Part shown: in pieces, positions 1 through 10,068 of the stretch
Layout: the number at the start of each line of letters is the position of its first letter
How positions within the stretch are numbered: position 1 is the stretch's first letter
DNA from: Nitrospina sp.
GTDB taxonomy: Bacteria; Nitrospinota; Nitrospinia; Nitrospinales; VA-1
DNA length: 64,000 nt
Assembly (NCBI GenBank): GCA_018653085.1
Contig: JABIAY010000060.1
Span: 2,240 to 66,239, forward strand
Direction: 5' to 3'
Position numbers and translations under genes: made by a program
The notes under the pieces: generated by a model
The model's input: the letters and a program-made list of their open reading frames with translations, nothing else
What the model was told of the DNA's origin: nothing
Database searches by the model: none

Positions 1-253
1 TTGAGGGTTTGAATTAATTGATACTCTCAAACTTCCTCCACCACAACCTGACAAAATAAAAACTACCAAGAAAAAATATATTCGCCAGCGTTTTAAGTTG
101 TCCATCAATTCTAAGCGCATTAAGACCCCCTTAAACGAAAACAAAGCTGTTTTGGGATTATAGTATAATTGAGCAAAACAGGGGAGTTTGTTGGCTCTTG
201 CTATCCCTCCCAGATGCCTTGGAGACCCCCCATATTCAGCAAAAAAATGGAAA

Positions 254-332
254 TGGGGGCAAACAGTGGGCAAATATAGGTAGAAAAGAAAAAGGGCTTG
301 GAAGCGTGTTGCCTCCAAACCCTTGTCTTATT
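254..332. mobile_element. probable att junction of an integrative element at the tRNA 3' end
   Basis: Tandem GGGCAAA direct repeats (arm-site-like) and the hairpin AAGGGCTTGGA..TCCAAACCCTT directly abut the tRNA CCA end; no integrase in the window. Confidence 0.45.
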
Positions 333-409
333 TGGTAGCGGGGGCCAGATTTGAACTGACGACCTTTGGGTTATGAGCCCAACGAGCTATTAGGCTGCTC
401 CACCCCGCA
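333..409 (-). tRNA. tRNA-Met (initiator, CAT), atypical D-loop
   Basis: Reverse complement TGCGGGGTGGAGCAGCCTAATAGCTCGTTGGGCTCATAACCCAAAGGTCGTCAGTTCAAATCTGGCCCCCGCTACCA: CAT anticodon, three G:C pairs in the anticodon stem, 1:72 mismatch, TTCAAAT T-loop, encoded CCA. Confidence 0.93.
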
Positions 410-494
410 GTAATAACAAATGAATTTTAGACTATGACTGATGTCAGGCACGGTTGTCAAGGACCATAATTCCGCCCTTGTATTTCCGCAGGAG

Positions 495-531
495 AAAAAA
501 ACGGGCTCTGGGTATTAAAACCCGGAGCCCG
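495..531 (-). terminator. intrinsic terminator after the ferredoxin gene
   Basis: Stem CGGGCTC(T/C)GGG..CCCGGAGCCCG followed by a T-run on the minus strand, just after the stop. Confidence 0.75.
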
Positions 532-543
532 ATTATGGCAGAA

Positions 544-870
544 TTAAAGATTTGCGTTTTTCCGATCAGGGTTGCGGAAAAGAGAAGTCTCGTTGGTCAA
601 AGCCTCCAAGGCCGGAAAAGTATCATCAGGATGAATTTTGCCGGCTTTCTCCAGCAATTCTTCTTCCGACTCTCTTTTATCTTCATCAGGAATACAGCAG
701 TCAACCGGACAAACTTCCTGACAGGCTTCTTCGCCATGGAACCCTACACATTCGGTACACAGATCGGCTTCGATTTCATAGAAATCTTCACCTTCGGTGA
801 TTGCCGTGTTAGGACATTCCGGTTCGCATACACCACAGTTGATACATTCGTCAGTGATTAATGTTGCCAT
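544..870 (-). CDS. YfhL-type 2[4Fe-4S] ferredoxin
   Basis: [12 protein letters not shown] and CTECVG...CQEVCPVDC motifs. Confidence 0.92.
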   Translation of the reverse strand: MATLITDECINCGVCEPECPNTAITEGEDFYEIEADLCTECVGFHGEEACQEVCPVDCCIPDEDKRESEEELLEKAGKIHPDDTFPALEALTNETSLFRNPDRKNANL

Positions 871-1175
871 CTTGTTTTTCCTTCTAAGTGGTTAATGATC
901 TATAAAAAAACGAACTATAAGGTTAACTATAATTTTTTTTGATTTTAAAGGTGCTCATCAATTGGAGCCTCTCAAAAGGTGACCCAAACTATAGTCAAAA
1001 CCAGACCAAGTCAAGATTTTTTTTAGGAAACAGGCCGATTTGGAAAACCCATTAAAAACCAACAGGCTTTGCGTTGATACACAAAGTGTTACAAGAAATT
1101 AATCTGCTCCTTTTATCGGCATATTTGGGGCGAAAATTAACCCTGTTTCCTTCATTGATTTGATATGATTTCATC

Positions 1176-3281
1176 ATGATTGTCAAAAAAATTCTTATCT
1201 ATTTTCCCATCGCGCTGAGTTTGTTTCTCCTGCAATCTTTTTTCTGGGTACCTACTTACGATAAACAGGCAGTGGGCAATCCGGCTCGTTTGGTTAAATA
1301 TGTTCAGGGCTCCAGTGGGGATGCGCAGATACTGAACCCTGTCTTAAGTGCCGACACATCGTCCAGCTCCATCAACGACCTGGTTTTCGATGGTCTCATC
1401 GACCTCGACCAGAACCTGAAGTACCGCCCCCGGCTGGCTGAATCCTGGACCCAGTTTGAAGAGGCCACCCTTGCAGTAAACACAGTCGCCTTTTTGCCCG
1501 GCGGTAGTATCGCACAAACTGTGCAGGACTGGCCCGACACGTTGCTCACTGCGCTTGAGGGCAATAAGGCATGGACTAAAAACCTGCGTTCCATAGAAGT
1601 CATCCCTGGAAAAACCGTGGAAGTCGAGCTTGCCCCTATGAACTCGGAGGACAAGCCCGAAAAAATCACCTACACCGTCCACCAGCCGCCGCGCCTGAAA
1701 TTCACCCTCGAAAAAATCGATCAGGATTTCTTTGTGCCCATCAAAAAATGGCTGGGGGAAGAATATTTTACAACCTTCCCCTATGAAAAATTCATCCGCG
1801 CAAAAGACCCGGCAAAACAGGCGGCGTTACAATCCCGTTATGAAGAAATACTGCCGATTACTGAGCATAATCCGGTGATCACTTTCGACCTGAGAAAAGA
1901 TGTGGTTTTTCACGATGGTCACCCGTTCGATTCCGGCGATGTGTTGTTCACCTATGAGTCGATCATGGACCCGAAGGGCACCTCACCACGAAAATCCGAT
2001 TACGAACCGGTGAAAAATGCCGAGGTGCTGGGACCCTATAAAATCCGTTTTACTTACAAACGTCTGTTCTCACCAGCTATCGGTTCCTGGGCCATGGGCA
2101 TTTTGCCCGAACACTTGCTCAACCGCGAAAGGCTCTTGGCCGAAGCGAGCGAAAGAGGGCGCGAGCCCGAGGCTTTCACCCTGCGAGATAGTAACTTCGG
2201 CCGACACCCCATCGGCACTGGACCGTTCACGTTCGCTGAGTGGAAAACCGATGAACTGATACGCCTGAAACGCAACAAAAACTATTGGGAAGGCGCACCC
2301 GAATACGAAGAATATGTCATGCGCATCATCCCCGACAGCCTGACTCAGGAGATGGAGTTCTATGCCGGAGCGGTCGATAACTATTCCGTACAACCACACC
2401 AGGTGGCACGGTTTTCCAAGGACGAAAAATACCAGAGTTTCTCCAACCTAGGATTATTTTATTCCTATATAGGGTACAACATGCGCAACCCGTTGTTTGC
2501 TGACCGCGATGTGCGCGTGGCCCTTGGCATGGCTATCGACATCGACCCCATTATTAAATACATCCTGTACGGGGAAGGGGAAAGAGTGACAGGGCCCTAC
2601 CCGAAAATCACCGACTGGTACGATCCCGATGTGAAACCACTGCCTTACGACCCGGATGCCGCACTGGAAATCCTGAACCGAATGGGGTGGAAGAAGAACG
2701 CCGATGGCTGGCTGGAGAAAAATGGAAAAATTTTTGAGTTCAACCTCATCACCAACAGTGGCAACCCGATCCGCAAAAACATCCTCACCATCGTGCAAGA
2801 AAGTTGGCGTAAGATCGGCATAAAATGCAACACCCAGCTTTTTGAATGGGCCGTATTCCTGAAAGATTTTGTCAACACGCTCAAATTCGATGCGCTGGTG
2901 TTGGGGTGGAGCATGGGCATTGACCCGGATATGTATCAGATATGGCATTCCAGCCAGGCGGGTCCGCGCCAGTTAAATTTTGTGGGATATAAGAACCCGC
3001 AAGCAGACCGGCTGATAACAAGAATCCGCCGGGAATATGACAGAGAAAAACAAGTTGCAATGGCGCGCGACCTACACCGCATGATAGCGCGTGACCAGCC
3101 CTATACTTTTTTGTATGTGGCGAAATCCACCCAGCTTTTGGATAAGAAAATCGTGATTGTCGAAAAGAAAGAGGGCGGGGAAGTGAAGTATGAAAAGATC
3201 TATCCCACCAAGTCGGGTAACATCCGTTACTACTTCAACAAATGGAAAAAGCTGGCAACAATCCCCACCTTTAACCCTTAG
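1176..3281 (+). CDS. peptide ABC transporter substrate-binding protein (family 5, AppA/OppA-like) with a large insertion
   Basis: LAESW, FDLRKDVVFHDG, PIGTGPF, NxNYWEG, DVRVAL and PYDPDAA motifs; hydrophobic N-terminus. Confidence 0.88.
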   Translation: MIVKKILIYFPIALSLFLLQSFFWVPTYDKQAVGNPARLVKYVQGSSGDAQILNPVLSADTSSSSINDLVFDGLIDLDQNLKYRPRLAESWTQFEEATLAVNTVAFLPGGSIAQTVQDWPDTLLTALEGNKAWTKNLRSIEVIPGKTVEVELAPMNSEDKPEKITYTVHQPPRLKFTLEKIDQDFFVPIKKWLGEEYFTTFPYEKFIRAKDPAKQAALQSRYEEILPITEHNPVITFDLRKDVVFHDGHPFDSGDVLFTYESIMDPKGTSPRKSDYEPVKNAEVLGPYKIRFTYKRLFSPAIGSWAMGILPEHLLNRERLLAEASERGREPEAFTLRDSNFGRHPIGTGPFTFAEWKTDELIRLKRNKNYWEGAPEYEEYVMRIIPDSLTQEMEFYAGAVDNYSVQPHQVARFSKDEKYQSFSNLGLFYSYIGYNMRNPLFADRDVRVALGMAIDIDPIIKYILYGEGERVTGPYPKITDWYDPDVKPLPYDPDAALEILNRMGWKKNADGWLEKNGKIFEFNLITNSGNPIRKNILTIVQESWRKIGIKCNTQLFEWAVFLKDFVNTLKFDALVLGWSMGIDPDMYQIWHSSQAGPRQLNFVGYKNPQADRLITRIRREYDREKQVAMARDLHRMIARDQPYTFLYVAKSTQLLDKKIVIVEKKEGGEVKYEKIYPTKSGNIRYYFNKWKKLATIPTFNP

Positions 3282-3323
3282 CAGGCTGACCGGTGAGCCG
3301 CCGGTGGCTAAGCTTTTGCGGGG

Positions 3324-4544
3324 TTACGGGCAGAGGACGGGCTCAATCCGTTCAAGGGCCCAGTCGAGCTCTTCTTTGGTGATGGTGAGCGGTGGGGCGA
3401 AACGGATCACGTGTTTATGCGTCTCTTTGCACAGGATGCCCTTTTCCATTAAAGCTTCACAAAACCTTCTGGCTCCGCCAGCTGATTTCTTCAATTCCAC
3501 CCCGACCAACAATCCTTTTCCTCGGACTTCTTTGATATACGGCGAGGAAAGTCTATTCAGGTTTTGAATGAGATAATTACCCATAACCATTGAATTTTCA
3601 ATGAGATTTTCATCTTTAATTATCTTCAATGCTTCCCTGGCCACCGCACAGGCCAGGGGATTGCCGCCGAAGGTGCTACCGTGGTCACCCGGATTGAAAA
3701 CGGACAGGGCCTCTTTGTTCGAGAGCACAGCGGAGATGGGGTAGAATCCGCCCGACAGGGCTTTGCCCACCAGGGTGAGGTCGGACTCGATACCCTCATG
3801 TTCTTCGGCGAAGAGTTTGCCGGTTCTGCCAAGTCCAGTTTGGATCTCATCGAGGATGAGCAGGACGTTGTGGCGATCGCAGATTTCGCGCACTTTTTTC
3901 AGGTAACCGGCAGGCGGGATAATAATACCTCCTTCACCCTGAATAGGTTCCACCAGAAAGGCAACCGTATTGGGGGTGATGGCCCACTCCAGGGCCTCGG
4001 CATCCCCAAAGGGGATGGTGACAAATCCAGGCGCGAAGGGACCGAATCCGTCTCGATATTGCGATTCAGTGCTGAACCCGACGATGGTGATGGTCCGCCC
4101 ATGAAAATTGTTGGCGCAGACGATGATCTCAGCCATGTTTTCGGGGATCTCTTTGACCTTATATCCCCATTTGCGCGCGGCTTTGAGGGCGGTTTCGACT
4201 GCTTCGGCACCGCTGTTCATGGGTAGGACGCTATGTGAGTGGGTCATTTCGCAGATTTCTTTATAGAAGGGACCCAGCTGGTCGGTACGAAAAGCCCGGG
4301 AAACCAGGGTAAGCTTTTTGGCTTGTTCGATCAGGGCAGTCAGGATGCGTGGATGGCAATGGCCCTGATTGAGGGCGGAATACGATGCCAGCATATCCAG
4401 ATATTTATTGTCTTCCACATCCCAGACCCAGACGCCCTGGCCCCGGGCCAATACGACATCAAGAGGTGCGTAGTTGCGAGCTCCAAACTCATTTTCGAGC
4501 TCAATAAAACTCTGTGCGTTCGAAAGGGTGACAGTAGAGTCCAT
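3324..4544 (-). CDS. rocD: ornithine--oxo-acid aminotransferase (class III PLP)
   Basis: [60 protein letters not shown]. Confidence 0.93.
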   Translation of the reverse strand: MDSTVTLSNAQSFIELENEFGARNYAPLDVVLARGQGVWVWDVEDNKYLDMLASYSALNQGHCHPRILTALIEQAKKLTLVSRAFRTDQLGPFYKEICEMTHSHSVLPMNSGAEAVETALKAARKWGYKVKEIPENMAEIIVCANNFHGRTITIVGFSTESQYRDGFGPFAPGFVTIPFGDAEALEWAITPNTVAFLVEPIQGEGGIIIPPAGYLKKVREICDRHNVLLILDEIQTGLGRTGKLFAEEHEGIESDLTLVGKALSGGFYPISAVLSNKEALSVFNPGDHGSTFGGNPLACAVAREALKIIKDENLIENSMVMGNYLIQNLNRLSSPYIKEVRGKGLLVGVELKKSAGGARRFCEALMEKGILCKETHKHVIRFAPPLTITKEELDWALERIEPVLCP

Positions 4545-4612
4545 GACCGTTTCCTCATCAACCCTGATATTGTCCTCCCCAGTAATCTAGGCCCTGAGAT
4601 GCGCTTTTGCCA

Positions 4613-4817
4613 CCACTAGGCGTGGGGCCGACTGGCAATATGTTTGTCTGGCTAGCAAAGAGCTGTCTCGGCTTAAAAAGCAGTTGCTATATCCCCTCCC
4701 ACGGAAGTGGGCTAGGCGCCAGCGTGACGCTGGACCCAGTGAACAAGGGTTTTTTGGGCCGAGACAATATCCGACTAGCCAGCTAAAGCTATTGCATTTT
4801 GGCCCCACGCCTAGTGG
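4613..4817. repeat. inverted pair of ~60-bp dispersed repeat family A
   Basis: 4613-4672 (CCACTAGGCGTGGGGCC...TGTCTCGGC) is an imperfect reverse complement of 4758-4817 (GCCGAGACA...GGCCCCACGCCTAGTGG). Confidence 0.8.
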
Positions 4818-4903
4818 CCCCTTATCAGGGGGAGCTTTGCGTAACAAACAGAATAGCGAGATGCTTCGAGAGCCTCAGCATGACAAACCAGGCCTCACAG
4901 GGC

Positions 4904-5004
4904 CGTCTTCGCGAGCCGCAAAGCGGCGTGGCGATCCAGAGTTTCGCTGGGTTGCTTCACTTCGTTCGCAATGACGATTTATGCAAAGGTCTCCTTATCA
5001 GGGG
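4904..5004. repeat. CGTC-type REP/MITE-like repeat, copy 1
   Basis: CGTCTTCGCGAGCC...TTGCTTCACTTCGTTCGCAATGACGA..TTATGCAAAGGTCTCCTTATCAGGGG; highly similar to 10827-10927. Confidence 0.85.
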
Positions 5005-5033
5005 GAGGCGGTTTATTATGCCTCGAAGAGGGT

Positions 5034-5061
5034 TTGATTTTTAAACAGTTTTAGATATAAT
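5034..5061 (+). promoter_or_regulatory. sigma70-type promoter
   Basis: TTGATT-16 nt-TATAAT upstream of the ATG at 5102. Confidence 0.55.
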
Positions 5062-5101
5062 GACGGTTTCCAACAACCCATTTCATATTGAGAAGAAACT
5101 T

Positions 5102-6061
5102 ATGAGTATTGACGATAAAGAGCTAGAAGATTTTATGCCTGCTGTGGAGCTGGAATGGACCGATGAGGCCCGGACCCGCATGACGAACGTGCCGTTTTTT
5201 GTGCGCAAGAGTGTGGTGCGAGGCATTGAGCAATATGCCAAAGATAAAGGTCTTGCGGTGGTCGATGATGGTGTGGTTTCTCGTGCCCGGCAGGAACGTG
5301 AAGGCGAAGCCATGGAACTGGCCCGCAAAAAGAAGGCAGAAGAACAGCAAGCTAATGGGGGTGAACCGCCTGTCCAACGTCAATACGTCAGTTTTACTTT
5401 CTATAAACTCGATCCCGCGTTTCGCAGACTGCCCAAAGAAGAACGCGACAAGAGCATGAAAGAGTTCATTGATGTTCTCGAGGAATATGACAGCAGTCCG
5501 GATATGATTCTCCTGTGTTATTCCATGGTCGGGTTGCGTGGTGATGTCGATATCATGACATGGCGCATCTCCTACAGCATGGAAGAGTTCCAGAAAATGA
5601 CTACCCAGCTCATGCAGACTGGTTTGGGAGCCTATTTGCATACGCCATATAGCTACCTTTCCATGACCAAGCGGTCGATGTATATGGACTTCATCAACCC
5701 GGAACATGAGGAAGACCGAACGCACCTCATTCCCGGCAAGGCGAAATATCTATTTATTTACCCCTTCGTCAAGACGCGCGAATGGTACCTGCTGACCCAG
5801 TTCACCCGTCAGGGAATCATGGACGAGCATATTTTTGTCGGCAACAAATATCCTTCCGTCAAACTGAACACGACCTATAGTTTCGGTATTGACGACTACG
5901 AGTTTGTGGTGGCTTTCGAGTCCAATTCCCCGGATGACTTCCTCGACCTGGTTCAGGAGTTGAGAGAAACCGAAGGAAGCAAGTATGTAAAAGAAGACAC
6001 ACCCATCTTCACCTGCATCGCCATGTCGATCGAAGACACCGTCAAAAGCCTCGGCGCCTAG
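5102..6061 (+). CDS. chlorite dismutase/coproheme decarboxylase-family heme protein with an N-terminal PCP_red domain
   Basis: N-terminal WTDEARTRMTNVPFFVRKSV (PCP_red); C-terminal YPFVKTREWYLL, heme His in MDEH, YSFGIDDYEFVVAFE. Start 5102 preferred because the ATG at 5060 overlaps the -10 box. Confidence 0.85.
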   Translation: MSIDDKELEDFMPAVELEWTDEARTRMTNVPFFVRKSVVRGIEQYAKDKGLAVVDDGVVSRARQEREGEAMELARKKKAEEQQANGGEPPVQRQYVSFTFYKLDPAFRRLPKEERDKSMKEFIDVLEEYDSSPDMILLCYSMVGLRGDVDIMTWRISYSMEEFQKMTTQLMQTGLGAYLHTPYSYLSMTKRSMYMDFINPEHEEDRTHLIPGKAKYLFIYPFVKTREWYLLTQFTRQGIMDEHIFVGNKYPSVKLNTTYSFGIDDYEFVVAFESNSPDDFLDLVQELRETEGSKYVKEDTPIFTCIAMSIEDTVKSLGA

Positions 6062-6305
6062 GTCGAGTGCCTCGACACGCAATGAGCGGCAGCTTTATTA
6101 GGTGAGTAAAGAGTTTCTCGGCTTAAAGAGTTCTTGTTGTTTGCCTCCCCCCTGACAAGGGGGGACAGAGGGGGGTTGAGTTTTGGTTGCAAGCTTCCTC
6201 TAGTGGTACCTCCATCCATATATTAGTAAAGAGCGGTTTATCAAAGTATTTCCCCACCCCCTACTCAGGGCAGTCTATCCCTGCAAAATGCTGTTTTTTT
6301 TGAGC

Positions 6306-6336
6306 TTGCTCGTACCTAACTTAGGTGCTATATAAC
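6306..6336 (+). promoter_or_regulatory. putative promoter with a dyad operator in the spacer
   Basis: TTGCTC, then GTACCTAA-C-TTAGGTGC dyad, then TATATAAC. Confidence 0.4.
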
Positions 6337-6428
6337 TCGTATCTGCATAGGAATATCCTGTGCATCGCATACCACCCACGAAGCTACTTACTCCAAATTG
6401 AACGGTTTTCTTTTACAGGGGAAAAACC

Positions 6429-8045
6429 ATGCGACGCCTGCCAGCCTTAGTATCTTTCTTCACACTTTTATTTTTCATTTTCAGTCTTACCGGCAATATG
6501 TTGATTGCTGATCCGACTTTTTCCAGCTCGGCGTTTGCGCAGAAGAAGAAGGATAAAGATGACGATGATGACGATAAAAATGAATTGAAGGGCAATAAGA
6601 GATTGCGCGAAGCGGTGAAGGCTTTGCAGGAACAGGTCGATACAATTGAACTGACCCCCGGACCGCAAGGCGACACCGGACCCCAAGGCCCGGCAGGCCC
6701 AACAGGTGCTACCGGCGCAACGGGTGCAACAGGACCGACAGGTCCTCAAGGTGATACAGGAACTACTGGCGCAACAGGTGCTACCGGTTCAGCCGGTCCA
6801 ACAGGGGCGGAAATAGCTGGCAGACTGGACCCTTGTATTCCAACCGGAGGATTGGGGATGCTGGCCCATATTCCGGGTCGCTCTTTTTCAGTGCGCTTAC
6901 CTTTTAGTGGCGATTTCGTTTTCAGTCACGTCCCTGCCGGTACCCATGCCATCGTTTTCGAATTAAACGGTAATGTTATAGGAGCTCTACCCGGTGTGGT
7001 GGCGGTGGAAGGTCAGACCACAGATGTCGGCACCTTCATCACTCCATTTTGTTCCGGGGATGGGGATGGAGATGGCTTCACCGGCGCACAGGGGGATTGT
7101 GATAATGGTAACGCCAGCGTCAATCCGGGTGCATCGGAAGTCTGCGATAGCATCGACAACAACTGCGATGGCTCGGTGGATGAGGGCGGCGTGTGTAGTA
7201 CTTCTGCACCTGTAGATTGCCAGGTGTCTGACTGGAGCGCGTGGTCTGAATGTTCCCATTTCTGTGGCGGAGGGGTCCGAACCCGAACCCGTACGATTCT
7301 TGTTCAACCTTCAAATGGTGGGGCGGCCTGTCCAGTTGATCCTGGTACAGAATCCATTACAGAAAGTGTCGAACCCTGCAATCGTGATGAATGTTTTGAT
7401 AATGATGATGATGGATACCTGGAACCATCGTACCCAGGCGATTCCGGGGATTGCGACGATACTAATGCCAACGTGAACCCCGGTGCGATGGAGGCTTGTG
7501 GCGATGGCATTGACAACAATTGCGATGGCCAGGTGGATGAAGGTTGTGACACCGATTCAAACTGTGGTGGGGTGGACTGCACAGTCTCTGGACAGGTCTG
7601 CGTCAGCGGTGTATGTCAGTCGTCCTGCCTGAATAACTGTAGCAACAACGGCTCTTGTGATACGGGCTCGGGACTTTGTACCTGCGATGTTGGTTTTAGC
7701 GGGACAGATTGTTCTCTTCAACTATCTACCTGTAATTCGGCGATTTCCTGTAGCAGTAATGGCACCTGTGCGCCGGATGGTAGTTGTGTCTGCGCATTTG
7801 GTTTTACGGGAGCGGATTGCTCCGTTCCCGATATCGATATAGGAGGCGGTGCTGTAGAGGAAGTTCAATGCACTCCTTCTTGCCAAAATGGTGGCACCTG
7901 TGTAGAGGGCAACACATGCTCTTGTCCGACTGGCTTTACTGGCGATAGATGTGAAGCAGACATTAATGAATGTGCAGGGCCTGTCAGCCCGTGTGCTTCT
8001 GGCCAGACATGCATAAATACTGCAGGTAGTTTTATCTGCCAATAA
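6429..8045 (+). CDS. secreted collagen-like / MopE-related Cys repeat / TSP1 / EGF protein, paralog 1
   Basis: Signal peptide (..SSAFA), 17 Gly-X-Y triplets, CDxxDNNCDG repeats, TSP1 ([18 protein letters not shown]), several EGF-like modules including a DINEC calcium-binding-type start. Confidence 0.85.
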   Translation: MRRLPALVSFFTLLFFIFSLTGNMLIADPTFSSSAFAQKKKDKDDDDDDKNELKGNKRLREAVKALQEQVDTIELTPGPQGDTGPQGPAGPTGATGATGATGPTGPQGDTGTTGATGATGSAGPTGAEIAGRLDPCIPTGGLGMLAHIPGRSFSVRLPFSGDFVFSHVPAGTHAIVFELNGNVIGALPGVVAVEGQTTDVGTFITPFCSGDGDGDGFTGAQGDCDNGNASVNPGASEVCDSIDNNCDGSVDEGGVCSTSAPVDCQVSDWSAWSECSHFCGGGVRTRTRTILVQPSNGGAACPVDPGTESITESVEPCNRDECFDNDDDGYLEPSYPGDSGDCDDTNANVNPGAMEACGDGIDNNCDGQVDEGCDTDSNCGGVDCTVSGQVCVSGVCQSSCLNNCSNNGSCDTGSGLCTCDVGFSGTDCSLQLSTCNSAISCSSNGTCAPDGSCVCAFGFTGADCSVPDIDIGGGAVEEVQCTPSCQNGGTCVEGNTCSCPTGFTGDRCEADINECAGPVSPCASGQTCINTAGSFICQ

Positions 8046-8148
8046 ATTTTAACCTTTTGCATCAAAATTTGAGGCGGGGCGTTTCCAGCGTCCCCACTTC
8101 TTCGCTATTTATTTCAACTGAACGATTTTCTTTTACGGGGAAAAAACT

Positions 8149-9960
8149 ATGCGACGCCTGCCAACCTTAGTATCTCTCTTTACACTTTTATTTTTCGTTT
8201 TCAGTCTTACCGGTAACGCATTGATTGCCGATCCGGCTTTTTCCAACGCGGCGTTTGCGCAGAAGAAGGATAAAGATGACGATGATGACGATAAAAATAA
8301 ATTGAAGGGCAATAAGAGATTGCGCGAAGCGGTGAAGGCTTTGCAGGAACAGGTCGATACGATTGAACTGACCCCCGGACCGCAAGGCGATACCGGACCG
8401 CAAGGCCCGGCAGGTCCCACAGGTGCTACGGGAGCAACCGGTCCGGCAGGTGCTACGGGCGCAACGGGTGGTCAAGGTCCAACGGGTGCTACCGGCGCAA
8501 CAGGACCGACTGGTGCAACAGGACCCAAGGGTGATACAGGTGCTACGGGTGCAACAGGACCACAAGGTGCTACCGGGCTACAAGGTGCTACCGGATCACA
8601 AGGCGCTATCGGACCACAGGGCGCAACAGGCCCCAAGGGGGATACAGGCGCAACCGGTCCCGCAGGTGCAACAGGTCCAGCGGGTCCGACAGGTGCTACA
8701 GGCGCAACCGGTTCAGCAGGCGCTGATGGCGCAGACGGGGCAACGGGTTCATCAGGTGCTGACGGCGCGGAAATAGCTGGAAGGTTGGACCCTTGTATTC
8801 CAACCGGAGGGTTGGGGATGCTGGCCCATATTCCGGGTCGGTCTTTTTCCGTTCGCTTACCTTTTAATGGTGACTTTACTTTTAGCCATGTTCCTGCTGG
8901 CACTCACACCATTGTCTTTGAGTTAAACGGAAATGTTATAGGAACTCTGCCCAATGTGGTGACTGTAGAGGGGCAAACCACAAATGTCGGCACCTTCATC
9001 ACTCCATTTTGTTTGTCGGATGCGGATGGCGATGGTTTCACTGGTGCTCAAGGGGATTGTGATAATAGAAACGCCGCCGTTTATCCAGGCGCGCAAGAAG
9101 TCTGTGACAGCCTCGACAATAACTGCGATGGCTCGGTGGATGAAGGCGGCGTGTGTACTTCCGCCCCTGTGGATTGCGTGGTTTCTGCCTGGAGTCCTTA
9201 TTCCGCCTGTTCCGCTAGCTGCGGTGGGGGCACGTCAACCCGAACCCGTTCGATTATTGTTCAGTCTGCATATGGTGGACAGGCTTGTCCTTCGTTAACA
9301 GAAACTCAAGCATGTAACATACAACCCTGTGCTGTGGATCTAGATTTAGATGGATGGGATTCAACCATTGATTGTAACGATAACGATCCATACATCTACC
9401 CAGGCGCGGTCGAGATTTGCGATGGTGTCGATAACGATTGTGACGATCAGGTGGATGAGTTAGCTCTCGGTAGCGGGGATGCTTGTGACGGCACTGACTC
9501 TGACTTCTGCTCCAACGGCATAACTTCCTGCGTGGGTGGTGCCATTGTCTGTGCAGGGGATATTGCAACCCCCGAGATTTGTGGTGATGGCATCGACAAC
9601 AACTGCGATGGCTCAGTGGATGAGAACGCCGTCACACCGACAGAATGTACTGATGCCTGTGGAATCCCCGTGTCTGTAGGGACTTCCTGCTCTGGTTACC
9701 CCGGGAGCTCTTGTAATAGCTCTGGCCTTTGTGTACCTGCTATAACTTGCCAACCGGGCTTGACTATTTGTAACGCTAGCGCGACCGAGTGTGCAGATTT
9801 GAACACTGATAATAATAACTGCGGGGCTTGCGGCAGTGTTTGTCTAGCGGGAAGCACTTGTACCAGTGGAGTGTGTGTGACATCAGACACCGACACAAAC
9901 TGCGGTGGGGTGGATTGCACAACCACATTACAGGTCTGTCAAAGCGGTGTGTGTCAGTAA
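8149..9960 (+). CDS. secreted collagen-like / MopE-related Cys repeat / TSP1 protein, paralog 2
   Basis: Near-identical N-terminus to paralog 1, 44 Gly-X-Y triplets, three CDxxDNxCD repeats, TSP1, [12 protein letters not shown] motif. Confidence 0.85.
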   Translation: MRRLPTLVSLFTLLFFVFSLTGNALIADPAFSNAAFAQKKDKDDDDDDKNKLKGNKRLREAVKALQEQVDTIELTPGPQGDTGPQGPAGPTGATGATGPAGATGATGGQGPTGATGATGPTGATGPKGDTGATGATGPQGATGLQGATGSQGAIGPQGATGPKGDTGATGPAGATGPAGPTGATGATGSAGADGADGATGSSGADGAEIAGRLDPCIPTGGLGMLAHIPGRSFSVRLPFNGDFTFSHVPAGTHTIVFELNGNVIGTLPNVVTVEGQTTNVGTFITPFCLSDADGDGFTGAQGDCDNRNAAVYPGAQEVCDSLDNNCDGSVDEGGVCTSAPVDCVVSAWSPYSACSASCGGGTSTRTRSIIVQSAYGGQACPSLTETQACNIQPCAVDLDLDGWDSTIDCNDNDPYIYPGAVEICDGVDNDCDDQVDELALGSGDACDGTDSDFCSNGITSCVGGAIVCAGDIATPEICGDGIDNNCDGSVDENAVTPTECTDACGIPVSVGTSCSGYPGSSCNSSGLCVPAITCQPGLTICNASATECADLNTDNNNCGACGSVCLAGSTCTSGVCVTSDTDTNCGGVDCTTTLQVCQSGVCQ

Positions 9961-10030
9961 GACTGCCTGACTAACTGTAGTAGCAAAAGGCACTTGTGGT
10001 GCGGATTCGCACTTGGCATTAAACTTTAAG

Positions 10031-10057
10031 GGCGGGACTTAACGTCCCGCCTTTTTT
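10031..10057 (+). terminator. intrinsic terminator
   Basis: GGCGGGAC-TTAAC-GTCCCGCC-TTTTTT. Confidence 0.8.
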
Positions 10058-10068
10058 ATTGGAGGAAT

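Noticed and set aside
4613-5010. Repeat cluster as a CRISPR array
   Set aside because: No regularly spaced identical repeats with unique spacers, and no cas genes
4587-5044. Short ORFs 4587-4847, 4684-4974 and 4799-5044
   Set aside because: They lie wholly within intergenic repeats and have no protein-like features
5102-6061. Functional chlorite dismutase (cld)
   Set aside because: The distal Arg position appears to be Leu, so the gene symbol is withheld
6550-6580. DDDDDK (FLAG/enterokinase-like) sequence suggesting a synthetic construct
   Set aside because: No DYK, present in both natural paralogs, and no vector sequence; a low-complexity acidic patch
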